DNA of 64,000 nt from Polaromonas sp. (GTDB lineage: Bacteria; Pseudomonadota; Gammaproteobacteria; Burkholderiales; Burkholderiaceae_C). Below, in pieces: positions 39,382-48,464 of this stretch (the stretch's first letter is position 1; every line of letters starts with the position of its first letter). Position numbers and translations under genes: made by a program. Location: the NCBI RefSeq assembly GCF_039932935.1, contig NZ_JBDTPB010000086.1:6057-70056 (forward strand). The letters run 5' to 3'. Under the pieces are notes generated by a model. It did no database searches. It was not told where the DNA came from and was given only the letters and a program-made list of their open reading frames with translations.

Positions 39382-39761
39382 TCCTTGGGCGGGCGGTACA
39401 TCGCACAAAGCTTGTTGCCATCAGGGTCGCGCAGGTAAGCCAGGTAAAGCTTGCCCACCGGGCCGTCGCGAAAGCCCGGCGGCTCTTCACACGTGGTGCC
39501 GCCGTGGGCCAGGCCCGCCGCATGAAAGGCGTCGCCCTGCTCCGGCGATTCAACCGTAAACCCGATGGTGCTGCCATTGCCGTGGCACGCCGCCTCGCCA
39601 TTGATGGGCGTAGAAATCGCAAACGTGCCCGTCGAGCTGCGATAGAAGTAGCGGTTCTTGTTGGCAAATCCCGGCTTGATGCCGAGTGTGCCGAGCAGCG
39701 CGTCGTAAAACTTCTTTGAAACTTCAAGGTCGTTGACGCCGACCATTACATGACTGAACAT
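39378..39761 (-). CDS. VOC family glyoxalase-like protein
   Basis: MFSHVMVGVNDLEVSKKFYDALL and YLAYLRDPDGNKL; ATGA overlap with the DTW gene. Confidence 0.9.
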   Translation of the reverse strand: MFSHVMVGVNDLEVSKKFYDALLGTLGIKPGFANKNRYFYRSSTGTFAISTPINGEAACHGNGSTIGFTVESPEQGDAFHAAGLAHGGTTCEEPPGFRDGPVGKLYLAYLRDPDGNKLCAMYRPPKE

Positions 39762-39855
39762 TGCTTTGTCTCCGTTGATCGTCGCGTGGATGCGAAGGGA
39801 ACCCGTGGGCAAACCGGGGCCGCATCGATACGGCCTGCTTCGTGTTGCTGCTGTT

Positions 39856-40680
39856 TTATTTGCGGCTGAGTACGACGGCGCCGCCCGCGCCCTTGGAGTC
39901 GCTGTTCTTGCCGCGCATCAGGTTGGGGCTGGCGATGGTCACGGTGTAGTTGTCGGCGTTGTACTTGCCGGTGCCGAGCAGGTACACCGGGTTGCTGGCG
40001 CTGATGATCGCGGTGTCGCCCTGCACGGTGACCATCGCGTCCTGTTGCACGCGTTTGGCTTCGCCGTCGCTGCTGGTATAGGCCAGCACGAGAATACCGC
40101 GGAAGTTGCCATTGCCCAGGCTTTGGGTCACGCGCAGGCTGCCGTTGGCGGTGTAGCCCGTGCTTGAAACATAGTCCACCAGCCATTCGCCCAGCATGGG
40201 GAAGCCGCCGGCGGCTGGCCGGCTGTTGCTGTTATTTTGCGGTGTGGCTTGCGGACGGGCCTGGTCGAACTGTGGCGTGCCCTGCGAATCAGCAGATGCC
40301 TTGATGGCGTCGCAACCCCATGCACGCACCTTGCAACTGGAGCCGCCTTTGGCCCGGCACTCGGACATGGCGCGCGCCTGGGTGTTGGAACTGGTGCTGC
40401 CCGTGCCCCAGCCATAAGCGTTGGAGCCCTTGGCCTGGTCGGCGGCGTAGGCGCCGCATTGGCCGGCAAAGCGCAGCACGATGGAGCAATCAGCTCCGCA
40501 TTCGCGCATTGAGCGCTGGTCGGCCAGGTCGGAGCTGGGGTGGTTGAATGAAAAGCCGTATTTCTCGCCCTGCAGGGTGTCGATGGCCAGGGCGCCTGCC
40601 GCCATGGCGTGGCTGCCGGCAACAGCCAGCAGCAGGCTCACAGCAAGCCGGGTAACGAGTATTTTCAGTCCAGAAGTCAT
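39856..40680 (-). CDS. Secreted DUF4189-domain protein with a C-terminal beta-rich domain
   Basis: Signal peptide; ECGADCSIVLRFAGQCGAYA and ARAMSECRAKGGSSCKVRAWGC Cys pattern; GGAGGG RBS. Confidence 0.8.
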   Translation of the reverse strand: MTSGLKILVTRLAVSLLLAVAGSHAMAAGALAIDTLQGEKYGFSFNHPSSDLADQRSMRECGADCSIVLRFAGQCGAYAADQAKGSNAYGWGTGSTSSNTQARAMSECRAKGGSSCKVRAWGCDAIKASADSQGTPQFDQARPQATPQNNSNSRPAAGGFPMLGEWLVDYVSSTGYTANGSLRVTQSLGNGNFRGILVLAYTSSDGEAKRVQQDAMVTVQGDTAIISASNPVYLLGTGKYNADNYTVTIASPNLMRGKNSDSKGAGGAVVLSRK

Positions 40681-40958
40681 GATTTCCCTCCAAGGAAATA
40701 TTTGTACAAGTATTTGTATTTGTCCCACTGAAGCATGCCGGTGCATGGTCTGCTTGCCGACAGACCCACCCGGATTATCCGCCTGGGCTGGATCCACGAG
40801 GTTTGTTCAGAGGGGGCTGGCAGCCGCCGTGAGGTGCAGGCGCCGCCGTCAGCAGCAAACGCTGGGGCGTGCAACACTTGGGTTTTACCCGCCAGGCCTG
40901 CGCACTCTGCTGCCGGAAAAGCCGGGCGTATCAACCGCCAAAATCCCAAGGAGACCGC

Positions 40959-41339
40959 ATGCCCACACCTGAAACCGTAGAGCGCTTTGTTGCCCGCGTT
41001 GAGCAAAACGCGCACACCGAAGCGATTGAAGAGTTCTACACGCCCAACGCGACCATGCAGGAAAACCAGCAACCGCCACGCCAAGGGCGCGACAAGCTTG
41101 TGGAGGGCGAGGCCAAGGTGATGGCGCGCGTGAAGTCGCTGACTTCAAGCTGCATACGTCCGGTGTTTATCAGCGGTGACAAGGTCGTCATACGCTGGGT
41201 GTTCAACTTTGTGTGGGCCGACGGCAGCACCATGCGCATGGAAGAGCTCGCCTGGCAGCGATGGGAAGGCGAGCGCATTGCCGAAGAGACTTTTTTCTAT
41301 GACCCGGCCCAGCGCGCGCCGCTGGCCAAAGCCGGCTAG
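40959..41339 (+). CDS. SnoaL-like/NTF2 family protein
   Basis: AIEEFYTPNATMQEN and MEELAWQRWEGERIAEETFFYDP; AAGGAG RBS. Confidence 0.85.
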   Translation: MPTPETVERFVARVEQNAHTEAIEEFYTPNATMQENQQPPRQGRDKLVEGEAKVMARVKSLTSSCIRPVFISGDKVVIRWVFNFVWADGSTMRMEELAWQRWEGERIAEETFFYDPAQRAPLAKAG

Positions 41340-41426
41340 CCGGCGCTCCGTACGGACAGCCCTGCGCACAGCACTACGCCCCGGCGCACGCGAATGCGTC
41401 GGGGCGTAGAAGGGTCGGGCGGTGGC

Positions 41427-41672
41427 TTAGCGCTTGACGATCAAACGGTAGCCAAACAACAAAATGATGGAGCCAAGAACGGCGGCGATGAAGCCAGCCG
41501 ATTCGCCCACTTGATACCAGCCCATGGCGCGGCCCAGGTAAGTGGCGATGAAGGAGCCAGCAATACCGATCAGCACGGTAATGATGAAGCCGGCAGGGTC
41601 GCGGCCGGGCATCAAGAACTTGGCCACGATACCGACGACAAAACCGATCAGGATGGTCCAGATGATGCTCAT
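41427..41672 (-). CDS. GlsB/YeaQ/YmgE family stress-response membrane protein
   Basis: IGFVVGIVAKFLMPGRDPAGFIITVLIGIAGS. Confidence 0.92.
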   Translation of the reverse strand: MSIIWTILIGFVVGIVAKFLMPGRDPAGFIITVLIGIAGSFIATYLGRAMGWYQVGESAGFIAAVLGSIILLFGYRLIVKR

Positions 41673-41747
41673 AAGTTCTTTCTAAAAGAGGAAGGGAGGG
41701 GGCCGGGTTGCCCGCGCAACGCCAGCCTTCAGTCTAAGGCGCCAGCC

Positions 41748-42326
41748 TTATTTGGTGGGCGCGATGGCCTTGGCCATCTGCAGGTGGGCTTCCACCTTGG
41801 GCAGCATCTTGCCGGCCAGGGCCTTCAGGTCGGCGTCCTTGGCGTCCTTCTGGATCTTGTTCAACAGTTTGATGGTGGATTCATGGTCGCCCACGCCCGC
41901 GTGTTTGGCGTATTCCTTGTCAAACAGGGTTCCCGACAGGGCTTTCAGCGCGGTGGCTTTGGTCTTGGCCATCATGCCGGGGCCGTCGGGCAGGGTTGCG
42001 CCCTTGGCACGGGCCAGTGCCTGCACTTCGGCCAGCGCGCTGCCGTGGTCGTCAACCATTTGCTGCGCAAACTTCTTGACTTCGGCGCTTTGCGATTTTT
42101 CCAGTGCCATCTTGCCGGCCTCAATTTCAGCGATGTTGGCTTGGGCCAGGTCGTCGAGCATGCCCTTGTCGGCGCGGGCCAGCTTGCCGGCGTCTGCGGC
42201 TGTTGACGTGCCCGGTGTGGCGGTGGTGCTGGTTTGCGCCGCAGCAGGCACAGCCGTGAACGCCAGGGCCGAAATAGCCAGGCCGGCCAGCGCCGCACCG
42301 AATGTGTGTGTAGAGGGTTTCAACAT
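41748..42326 (-). CDS. DUF4142 domain secreted protein
   Basis: Signal peptide; AEIEAGKMALEKS, VKKFAQQMVDDH and LPKVEAHLQMA. Confidence 0.9.
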   Translation of the reverse strand: MLKPSTHTFGAALAGLAISALAFTAVPAAAQTSTTATPGTSTAADAGKLARADKGMLDDLAQANIAEIEAGKMALEKSQSAEVKKFAQQMVDDHGSALAEVQALARAKGATLPDGPGMMAKTKATALKALSGTLFDKEYAKHAGVGDHESTIKLLNKIQKDAKDADLKALAGKMLPKVEAHLQMAKAIAPTK

Positions 42327-42574
42327 GGTGACCTCCTTGAAAGGGTGAGTTGTTGAGTGGTTGAGAAAGCGTGATGAAGCGAGCGCGCAAAAACGCGGCA
42401 GGTAGTTGCGTACTGTCCATGCCACCAGCGCCCTAACGTGCAGGAGGGCGGGCAGGTCCTGTGTAGGAAATCGCTTGCGGCTTTTGTGCGGCGAGAGCTG
42501 TGCGGGTCAACCAAAGTGCCAGGGGCGAAAAGGCCGGGCGTGCCGGTCGCGCAGATGTCCGGCAGAAAATTTAA

Positions 42575-42631
42575 GTCAAATAGGCCGTCAGCCCTTTCGG
42601 AACGTGCGCAAGCAGCTATCAAAACAATAGC
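42575..42631 (+). repeat. REP-like family B, copy 7
   Basis: AACGTGCGCAAGCAGCTATCAAAACAATAGC. Confidence 0.8.
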
Positions 42632-42667
42632 GTCAGCAACTTGGCAGGCCCAAGGTGGGCAGCGGTG

Positions 42668-43960
42668 CTAACTCGCCGTCAGGCGCTTGACCATCTGGCG
42701 TGTGGTTCTGAGCACCAGCTTCTGCACACGTTCAACCAGAGACGCAGCGCCAGGAGACAGTGTGGGTAGCAGAGACTGTGCAGCGGCATCCAGCGCTGCG
42801 GGAAGCCGTTGGGCCATGTCGCTGGCGACTTGCAGCGCAAAGGCTGGCCCTACCCCCAGGTCTTTGGCCATTTGCCGTACGTGCGCCTGCGTGAGGGCGC
42901 CGGGCACGGTTTCACCGCCAATGGCAAAGGCGAAGTCACCCGACAAACCCGGGTACACGCGTGTGCACATGAGGTCGTAAAAGGGTGTCAGGCGCACTCC
43001 CTGGCCGAGCGGCTGGTACACCGACAGGTTTTTGGCGTGGCTGTCGTTGTTGCAGGTGTAAAGGTTAAAGAAGACCCAGGCCAGCAGGTTTTTGAGGTCG
43101 ATGGCCGGAACGGCGCTGTATTGCCGTACCAGCTGTGCGCACTGCACAAGTCCGGGGCCGCCCTCTTTTTCATATTTTTTCTCGGACACCACGCCGCTGA
43201 GCTGGCACAGGTCGTACTGGATCAACCGGCCCAGCCGGCCGTCGGCCTGAGCCACCCTGTCAAAACGCCGGACCACGCAGGCGTGCGTGTGCGGCTCATA
43301 GAACACCTCGGCCGTGGGCAGGCCGCAGCCGGCTGCTGTCAGCATGATGAGGCTCTCATTCGCGGCGGAATGCCAGACATCGGGCAGGCGGCGGATGTCG
43401 GGTTTGAGGATGTGGCTGGAAGGCGAAGCGCCGTGCGCCAGCTGCGGCACGCCGTCGGAAAAAATGGCAATGGAGCTTTTGTCTTGCGCACCAGCCAGTG
43501 AAATGCGGGTGCCGCGGCTGCGGATGTCGATGGCCGTTGCCGACTTGCCGCTCAGGCGCTGGGCCAAGGCCTCCCAGCTGGTGGGCGTGTACTGCGGCGG
43601 CGGGGGCTTGGTGCCCGCCGGCATGATGACAAAACCGCCGGCTGTGTCACCTGCGGTTTCAAGCAGCAGGCCATACAGGGTTGAGGCTTTGCGGCTGATG
43701 GCCAGGTAGTGGCGCAGATCTCCTTCAGGCAGCAGGTTCTCAAAAAATGCCTGCACGGCAGGCGCGTCGGTGCGGCCGGCGGCCAGGGTGATGGCCGCCA
43801 CCTGCGCCGCTGGGCGCCGGGCCAGCCATTCGGCGGAATAGTCGAATGACAGCGGTGAGGTGTCATACACGGCACCCACGCGCTCTTCGTTGAAGAACAC
43901 GTCCAGATGGCCCGCCTGGGCAGAGCCCTGCGGCGCAGATGGCAGGCCCGCGGGGGTCAT
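42668..43960 (-). CDS. hipA: HipA family toxin Ser/Thr kinase
   Basis: FFENLLPEG, ISLAGAQDK P-loop, HILKP, VVRRFDR, NNDSHAKNLS and LTPFYDL. Confidence 0.94.
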   Translation of the reverse strand: MTPAGLPSAPQGSAQAGHLDVFFNEERVGAVYDTSPLSFDYSAEWLARRPAAQVAAITLAAGRTDAPAVQAFFENLLPEGDLRHYLAISRKASTLYGLLLETAGDTAGGFVIMPAGTKPPPPQYTPTSWEALAQRLSGKSATAIDIRSRGTRISLAGAQDKSSIAIFSDGVPQLAHGASPSSHILKPDIRRLPDVWHSAANESLIMLTAAGCGLPTAEVFYEPHTHACVVRRFDRVAQADGRLGRLIQYDLCQLSGVVSEKKYEKEGGPGLVQCAQLVRQYSAVPAIDLKNLLAWVFFNLYTCNNDSHAKNLSVYQPLGQGVRLTPFYDLMCTRVYPGLSGDFAFAIGGETVPGALTQAHVRQMAKDLGVGPAFALQVASDMAQRLPAALDAAAQSLLPTLSPGAASLVERVQKLVLRTTRQMVKRLTAS

Positions 43961-44235
43961 GGCTGGCTGCCGGTTTTGGGGCGCACGACCACTTCCAGGC
44001 CCAGCAGGCTCAGCACGTCCAGCGCCTTTTGCAGCTGCACCGTGGGCTTGCCGCGTTCAAGCTCAACAATGAAGCGGTTGCCGGTATTGCCGAGCCCGGC
44101 AACTTCGGTTTGCCGCAACGCCAGCGCGCGCCGCCGCTCGCGCACCAGCTCGCCGAGTTCGGCGGCTGAATGGACGACGCTGTCTTGGGGAGGCAATGAA
44201 TTACCGAGCGGGATGTTCTTGGCGGTGGTGCTCAC
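43957..44235 (-). CDS. hipB: HipB-like XRE antitoxin
   Basis: LRQTEVAGLGNTGNRFIVELERGKPT HTH; ATGA overlap with hipA; GTG start. Confidence 0.9.
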   Translation of the reverse strand: MSTTAKNIPLGNSLPPQDSVVHSAAELGELVRERRRALALRQTEVAGLGNTGNRFIVELERGKPTVQLQKALDVLSLLGLEVVVRPKTGSQP

Positions 44236-44313
44236 GGAAGACCTTCATAGTTACCGTTCGGTAATTTTATGAAGATTAGGCGCTTGCTGTCAAATAAAGT
44301 TACCTATCGGTAA
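44201..44313. promoter_or_regulatory. Three TTACCG-N2-CGGTAA-type palindromes, candidate HipB operators
   Basis: 44201 TTACCGAGCGGGAT, 44251 TTACCGTTCGGTAA and 44300 TTACCTATCGGTAA. Confidence 0.7.
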
Positions 44314-44479
44314 TTTATGAACAGGAGGCTCGGGAATGTCTGCGGAAGGTTTGCGGATGGGTTGCAGATGGTTGAGGCAAAACCCTTACAAAAACCCCCT
44401 TACAAATCCCACAACCCAAAACGCCCACGCAGGCTCCGTTGCGCTGATGATGTCGTACGAATAACCTCAGGAGGACGGC

Positions 44480-46591
44480 ATGAAATTCACCATGGTCAAA
44501 ACAGGCATTGCCCTGGCCGCAACGGCGGCGCTGGCAGCGGGGCTGGGGGGTTGCGCCAGCGGAGTGGGCGGGCAGCCAAATATCAAACCCGCGTATCTGG
44601 GGGTGATCACCACGGGCGTGTACGACGGCGGCAATGACGATTTGCTCACCGCCGGCCTGGGCAAGACCGGCCTGGCCGCGCCGGCGCCGCTGCCCGTCGA
44701 CCCTCTGAACCCGAGCGCGGCCGAGCTGCGCCGCATTGCGATTTACAACAACTACCGCGCCATCCTTGATATTTCCCCCGGGGGCGGCTACGGCACGCTG
44801 TACGGCCCCAACGTGGATGCCAAAGGCAACATCACCACCGGCGAAGGCAAGATCGCCGGCACCGAATACATTGCCTACGCAGACGACGGCAGCGGCCGGC
44901 AGAACGTGACGATGATGGTGCAGGTGCCGTCCAGTTTCAACCCGGCGAGCCCGTGCATCGTGACCGGAACCTCGAGCGGCTCGCGCGGCATTTTCGGCGC
45001 CATTGGGTCGTCGGGCGAATGGGGCCTGAAGAACGGCTGCGCCGTGGCCTATACCGACAAGGGCACGGGCAGCGGCATGCATGACCTGCAGAACAACACG
45101 GTGCATTTGCAAAATGGTCTGCGCGCAGATGCAGTGGCAGCGGGTGCGGCGTCCAACTTCACGGCGGCGCTGAGCCCTTCGGAGCGCAGCGCATTCAATG
45201 CCGCCACGCCCAACCGCTTTGCCGTGAAGCACGCGCACTCGCAGCAAAACTCCGAAAAAGACTGGGGCCGCTTCACGCTGCAGTCGGTGGAGTTTGCCTA
45301 CTTCATCCTGAACGAGCGTTATGGCGCGCCTGCGCGCGAAGGCGGCGGGCGGCTGAAGACGCTGAACCCGTCCAACACGATCGTGATCGCGTCCAGCGTG
45401 TCCAACGGGGCAGGCGCTGCGCTGGCCGCGGCCGAGCTTGACACGCAGGGTCTCATCAGCGGCGTGGCCGTGGGCGAGCCGCAGGTGCAGCTGTTGCCCG
45501 ATGCGCGGCTGAGCGTGCGGCGCGGCAGCAGCACGCTGGCCGGCACCGGCAAGTCGCTGTATGACTACACCACGCTGGCCAACCTGCTGCAGCCCTGCGC
45601 TGCGCTGGTGTCGCCCGGCACCAATGTCTTCAACACCATCAACCCGGTCATCGCCGCCAGCCGCTGCAGTGCGCTCAAGGCCGCTGGTGTGGTCAATGGC
45701 AACACCACGGCCGAGCAGGCGGGCAGCGCCATGGCCACGCTGGTGCAGGTGGGCTGGCAGCCCGAAGGCAACGACCTGCAGGCGTCGCACTATTCGTTTG
45801 CCACCTTGCCGGTGGCGCTGACGTATGCCAATGCCTATGGCCGCGCCAGCGTGCGGGACAACCTCTGCGGCTACAGTTTTGCCGCCACCGCGCCTGCCGC
45901 GTCGCCTACACCCAATCTGCCGGTGCCTGCGCCGGCTGGCCCGCTGGCCACGTCGTTCGGCACCGGCAACGGCGTGCCGCCCACGGCGGGCGTCAACATC
46001 GTCAACAACACCAGCCTGGGTGGACCGATGCTGGACGCGGCGTCGATCTCTGCCGGCAACGTGCAGGACTACAACAGCGCCGGCGCGCTGTGCCTGCGCG
46101 CCCTGGCCACCGGAAACACCCCGGACGCCCTGCGCGTGCGGGAGGGCATCCAGCAGGTGCTGCGCACCGCCAACCTGCAGGGCAAGCCCGCGCTGATCGT
46201 GCATGGCCGCTCTGACACGCTGGTGCCGGTGGCGTTCACCTCGCGTCCCTACTTTGGCCTGAACAAGATGGTGGAAGGCAGCCGCAGCAAGCTGTCGTAC
46301 ATCGAAGTAACCAACGCCCAGCACTTTGACGCCTTCCTGGGGTTCCCGGGTTACGGCCAGCGGCTGGTGCCGCTGCACCGCTACTTCATCCAGGCCATGG
46401 ACATGATGTACGCCCACCTGAGAACCGGCGCGCCGCTGCCCGGCAGCCAGGTGGTGCGCACCGTGCCGCGCGGCCTGAGCGGCACGGCGCCCAACCCGAT
46501 CACGCCCGCCAATGTGCCTCCCATCAAGGTGGTGGCAGACGCTCCCGACCGCATTACCTTTGCCGGCAATGTGGTGACTGTGGCCGACTAG
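44480..46591 (+). CDS. D-(-)-3-hydroxybutyrate oligomer hydrolase, lipoprotein
   Basis: Lipobox LGGC; YDGGNDDLLTAGLG, AVKHAHSQQN, SVSNG nucleophile motif and AQHFDAF; AGGAGG RBS. Confidence 0.9.
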   Translation: MKFTMVKTGIALAATAALAAGLGGCASGVGGQPNIKPAYLGVITTGVYDGGNDDLLTAGLGKTGLAAPAPLPVDPLNPSAAELRRIAIYNNYRAILDISPGGGYGTLYGPNVDAKGNITTGEGKIAGTEYIAYADDGSGRQNVTMMVQVPSSFNPASPCIVTGTSSGSRGIFGAIGSSGEWGLKNGCAVAYTDKGTGSGMHDLQNNTVHLQNGLRADAVAAGAASNFTAALSPSERSAFNAATPNRFAVKHAHSQQNSEKDWGRFTLQSVEFAYFILNERYGAPAREGGGRLKTLNPSNTIVIASSVSNGAGAALAAAELDTQGLISGVAVGEPQVQLLPDARLSVRRGSSTLAGTGKSLYDYTTLANLLQPCAALVSPGTNVFNTINPVIAASRCSALKAAGVVNGNTTAEQAGSAMATLVQVGWQPEGNDLQASHYSFATLPVALTYANAYGRASVRDNLCGYSFAATAPAASPTPNLPVPAPAGPLATSFGTGNGVPPTAGVNIVNNTSLGGPMLDAASISAGNVQDYNSAGALCLRALATGNTPDALRVREGIQQVLRTANLQGKPALIVHGRSDTLVPVAFTSRPYFGLNKMVEGSRSKLSYIEVTNAQHFDAFLGFPGYGQRLVPLHRYFIQAMDMMYAHLRTGAPLPGSQVVRTVPRGLSGTAPNPITPANVPPIKVVADAPDRITFAGNVVTVAD

Positions 46592-46635
46592 GGCCTGTTA
46601 ACGCTATTGACGCGTCTGCATAGCGTTAACAGGCC
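46592..46635. repeat. Perfect 16-bp inverted repeat (REP/MITE-like)
   Basis: GGCCTGTTAACGCTAT-N12-ATAGCGTTAACAGGCC directly after the stop codon. Confidence 0.75.
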
Positions 46636-46795
46636 TACCCCACCGCTGGCCGACACGCATTGGGGCCTCTGGCCTACGCAGGGGCCGCGCCGGTTCGTTA
46701 TCTTGGTGACTGGCCAGCGCGAAACGACGGACGCTGGCCCCGGGGCATGCTTTACAGGCTGTTCTGGTGTCTCGTCGAATTCATCAGGAGTCATC

Positions 46796-46990
46796 ATGAA
46801 CAAAGATCAAGTCAAGGGCGTAGCGAAAGACACCGCAGGCAAAGCGCAGGAAGCTGCAGGCAAGCTGGTGGGCAGCAAGGAGCAACAAGCCAAGGGCCTG
46901 GCCAAGCAGGCTGAAGGCTCGGTGCAAAAGGGCTACGGCGATGCCAAGGAAACCGTCAAAGACGTGGCCAAAGGCAACAAGCGCTTCTAA
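46796..46990 (+). CDS. CsbD family stress protein
   Basis: MNKDQVKGVAKDTAGKAQEAAGKLVG; AGGAG RBS. Confidence 0.92.
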   Translation: MNKDQVKGVAKDTAGKAQEAAGKLVGSKEQQAKGLAKQAEGSVQKGYGDAKETVKDVAKGNKRF

Positions 46991-47024
46991 AAAGCGGGGC
47001 CCGGTTTGCCGGGCAGTGTGAAGG

Positions 47025-47048
47025 GCGGCGCAGTGCGCCGCTTTTTTT
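47025..47048 (+). terminator. Intrinsic terminator after the csbD-like gene
   Basis: GCGGCGC-AGT-GCGCCGC followed by T7. Confidence 0.75.
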
Positions 47049-47060
47049 GCGCGCCGGTTT

Positions 47061-48326
47061 TCAGCTAGGCTGCGGCGGGGCCGGCAATACCTTGTACAAC
47101 AGCGCGCCTGCCGCCAGCAGTGCGGCAATGCTGGCCAGCACCGCCGTGAAGGGTTCATACCCGCGCGCGCCGGCTACGGAGGCCACCAGGCCGGTCAGCC
47201 ACTGCATGCCGGCCACGCCAAGAAACATGGCCATCGTGAACACCGCCATGGCGCGCCCCGTGAGCGCTGCGGGGTAGGCTGCGCGCACGTCGGCATACTG
47301 CAGCACCAGGTAACCCGACAGCAACCCGATCACCACCGGCCCGGCCACATCGACCAGTGCGCTGTGCGTAAAAGCAAACACCGCGAACAGCGCTGCGAGC
47401 AACACCGTAAGGCCGGTGATCCAGCGGCGCCGGTGGTGGGGGCCCGGGTCAAGCCGGCCAAACAGCGGCGGGCCGAACAGCGAGACGATGGACATCACCA
47501 GCGCGACGTTGCCGCTTTGCACCAGCGAAAAGTCGTGGCGCTGCATCAGCAGCGGCCCCAGCCACAGGCCGCGCAACGAAATGAAGGACGCATAACCCAC
47601 GGACGAGATCACCAAAATGCCCCAGGTATGGGGCAGGGTCAGCAGCGTGCCGAACTTGGCGAAGGCTTCGCGCACTGACTCCCGCGGCACTGCGGTGGTG
47701 GCCTGCTGCACGGGCTCGTGCACCAGCGCATAAATCAAGCCCCAGGCGAGCGCCGCCAACGCGGCCAGCACCCAAAAGCCCATGCGCCAGGAGGTCGCCT
47801 CGATCAACCAGGCCAGCGGCGTGCCGGTCAGCAGCATGCCCAGGCCACCCAGACCCAGCGTCAGGCCTGACACGGCGGCAAAGCGCTGCGTGGGAAAGTG
47901 CCGCGCGATGAAGACGGTGCACACCAGGAAGGCCGGGGCGCAGCCCATGCCGATCAGCACCTGGCCCGCCACCAGCACGCCGTAGCTGCCTGCCAGCGCC
48001 GAAACGGCCGAGCCCGCGATGGCCAGAGGAAAAGCCGTCAGCACGGTGCGCCGCACGCCATGCAGGTCGATGCCGATGCCCATGAAAAGCTGCATGGCGC
48101 CAAAAGGAAAATGAAACGCGCCGGCAAAAAGCCCGAGCGCCTGCGCAGACAGATGAAAGTCAGCCTGCAGCGGCGCGGCCATGATGGCGGCCACGGTGCG
48201 AAAAGACTGGCTGAGTGCGACCGCGGTGGTCAGCGCGAACAGCATGACCCAGGCGGCGCGGAGCGAAGCTGCGGGAGGTGCGTTGGCGGGTGCGGGGGGC
48301 GTGGTTGGCGGTGAGGCGGTGTTCAT
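47061..48326 (-). CDS. MFS transporter
   Basis: About 12 TM segments; GIGIDLHGVRR motif A variant. Confidence 0.9.
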   Translation of the reverse strand: MNTASPPTTPPAPANAPPAASLRAAWVMLFALTTAVALSQSFRTVAAIMAAPLQADFHLSAQALGLFAGAFHFPFGAMQLFMGIGIDLHGVRRTVLTAFPLAIAGSAVSALAGSYGVLVAGQVLIGMGCAPAFLVCTVFIARHFPTQRFAAVSGLTLGLGGLGMLLTGTPLAWLIEATSWRMGFWVLAALAALAWGLIYALVHEPVQQATTAVPRESVREAFAKFGTLLTLPHTWGILVISSVGYASFISLRGLWLGPLLMQRHDFSLVQSGNVALVMSIVSLFGPPLFGRLDPGPHHRRRWITGLTVLLAALFAVFAFTHSALVDVAGPVVIGLLSGYLVLQYADVRAAYPAALTGRAMAVFTMAMFLGVAGMQWLTGLVASVAGARGYEPFTAVLASIAALLAAGALLYKVLPAPPQPS

Positions 48327-48464
48327 GGCTGCTGCCAAGCGTACACCGGGTAGCGCGATTGACGGGGGCGATGAAATTTGTGCAGCTTGTGCAGATTCCA
48401 GCGATGGGGACCTGCCGTGTGCCGCGGAGGCTGACGCCTCTGGAAGAAAGGGCCTGGTGAGTGC

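Noticed and set aside
44315-46417. 700-aa antisense ORF opposite the 3HB-oligomer hydrolase; likewise 15462-17150, 54980-56494 and many other long overlapping ORFs
   Set aside because: These are shadow ORFs expected from high GC3 codon bias. The translations are Arg/Gly/His-rich without motifs and fully overlap well-supported genes.
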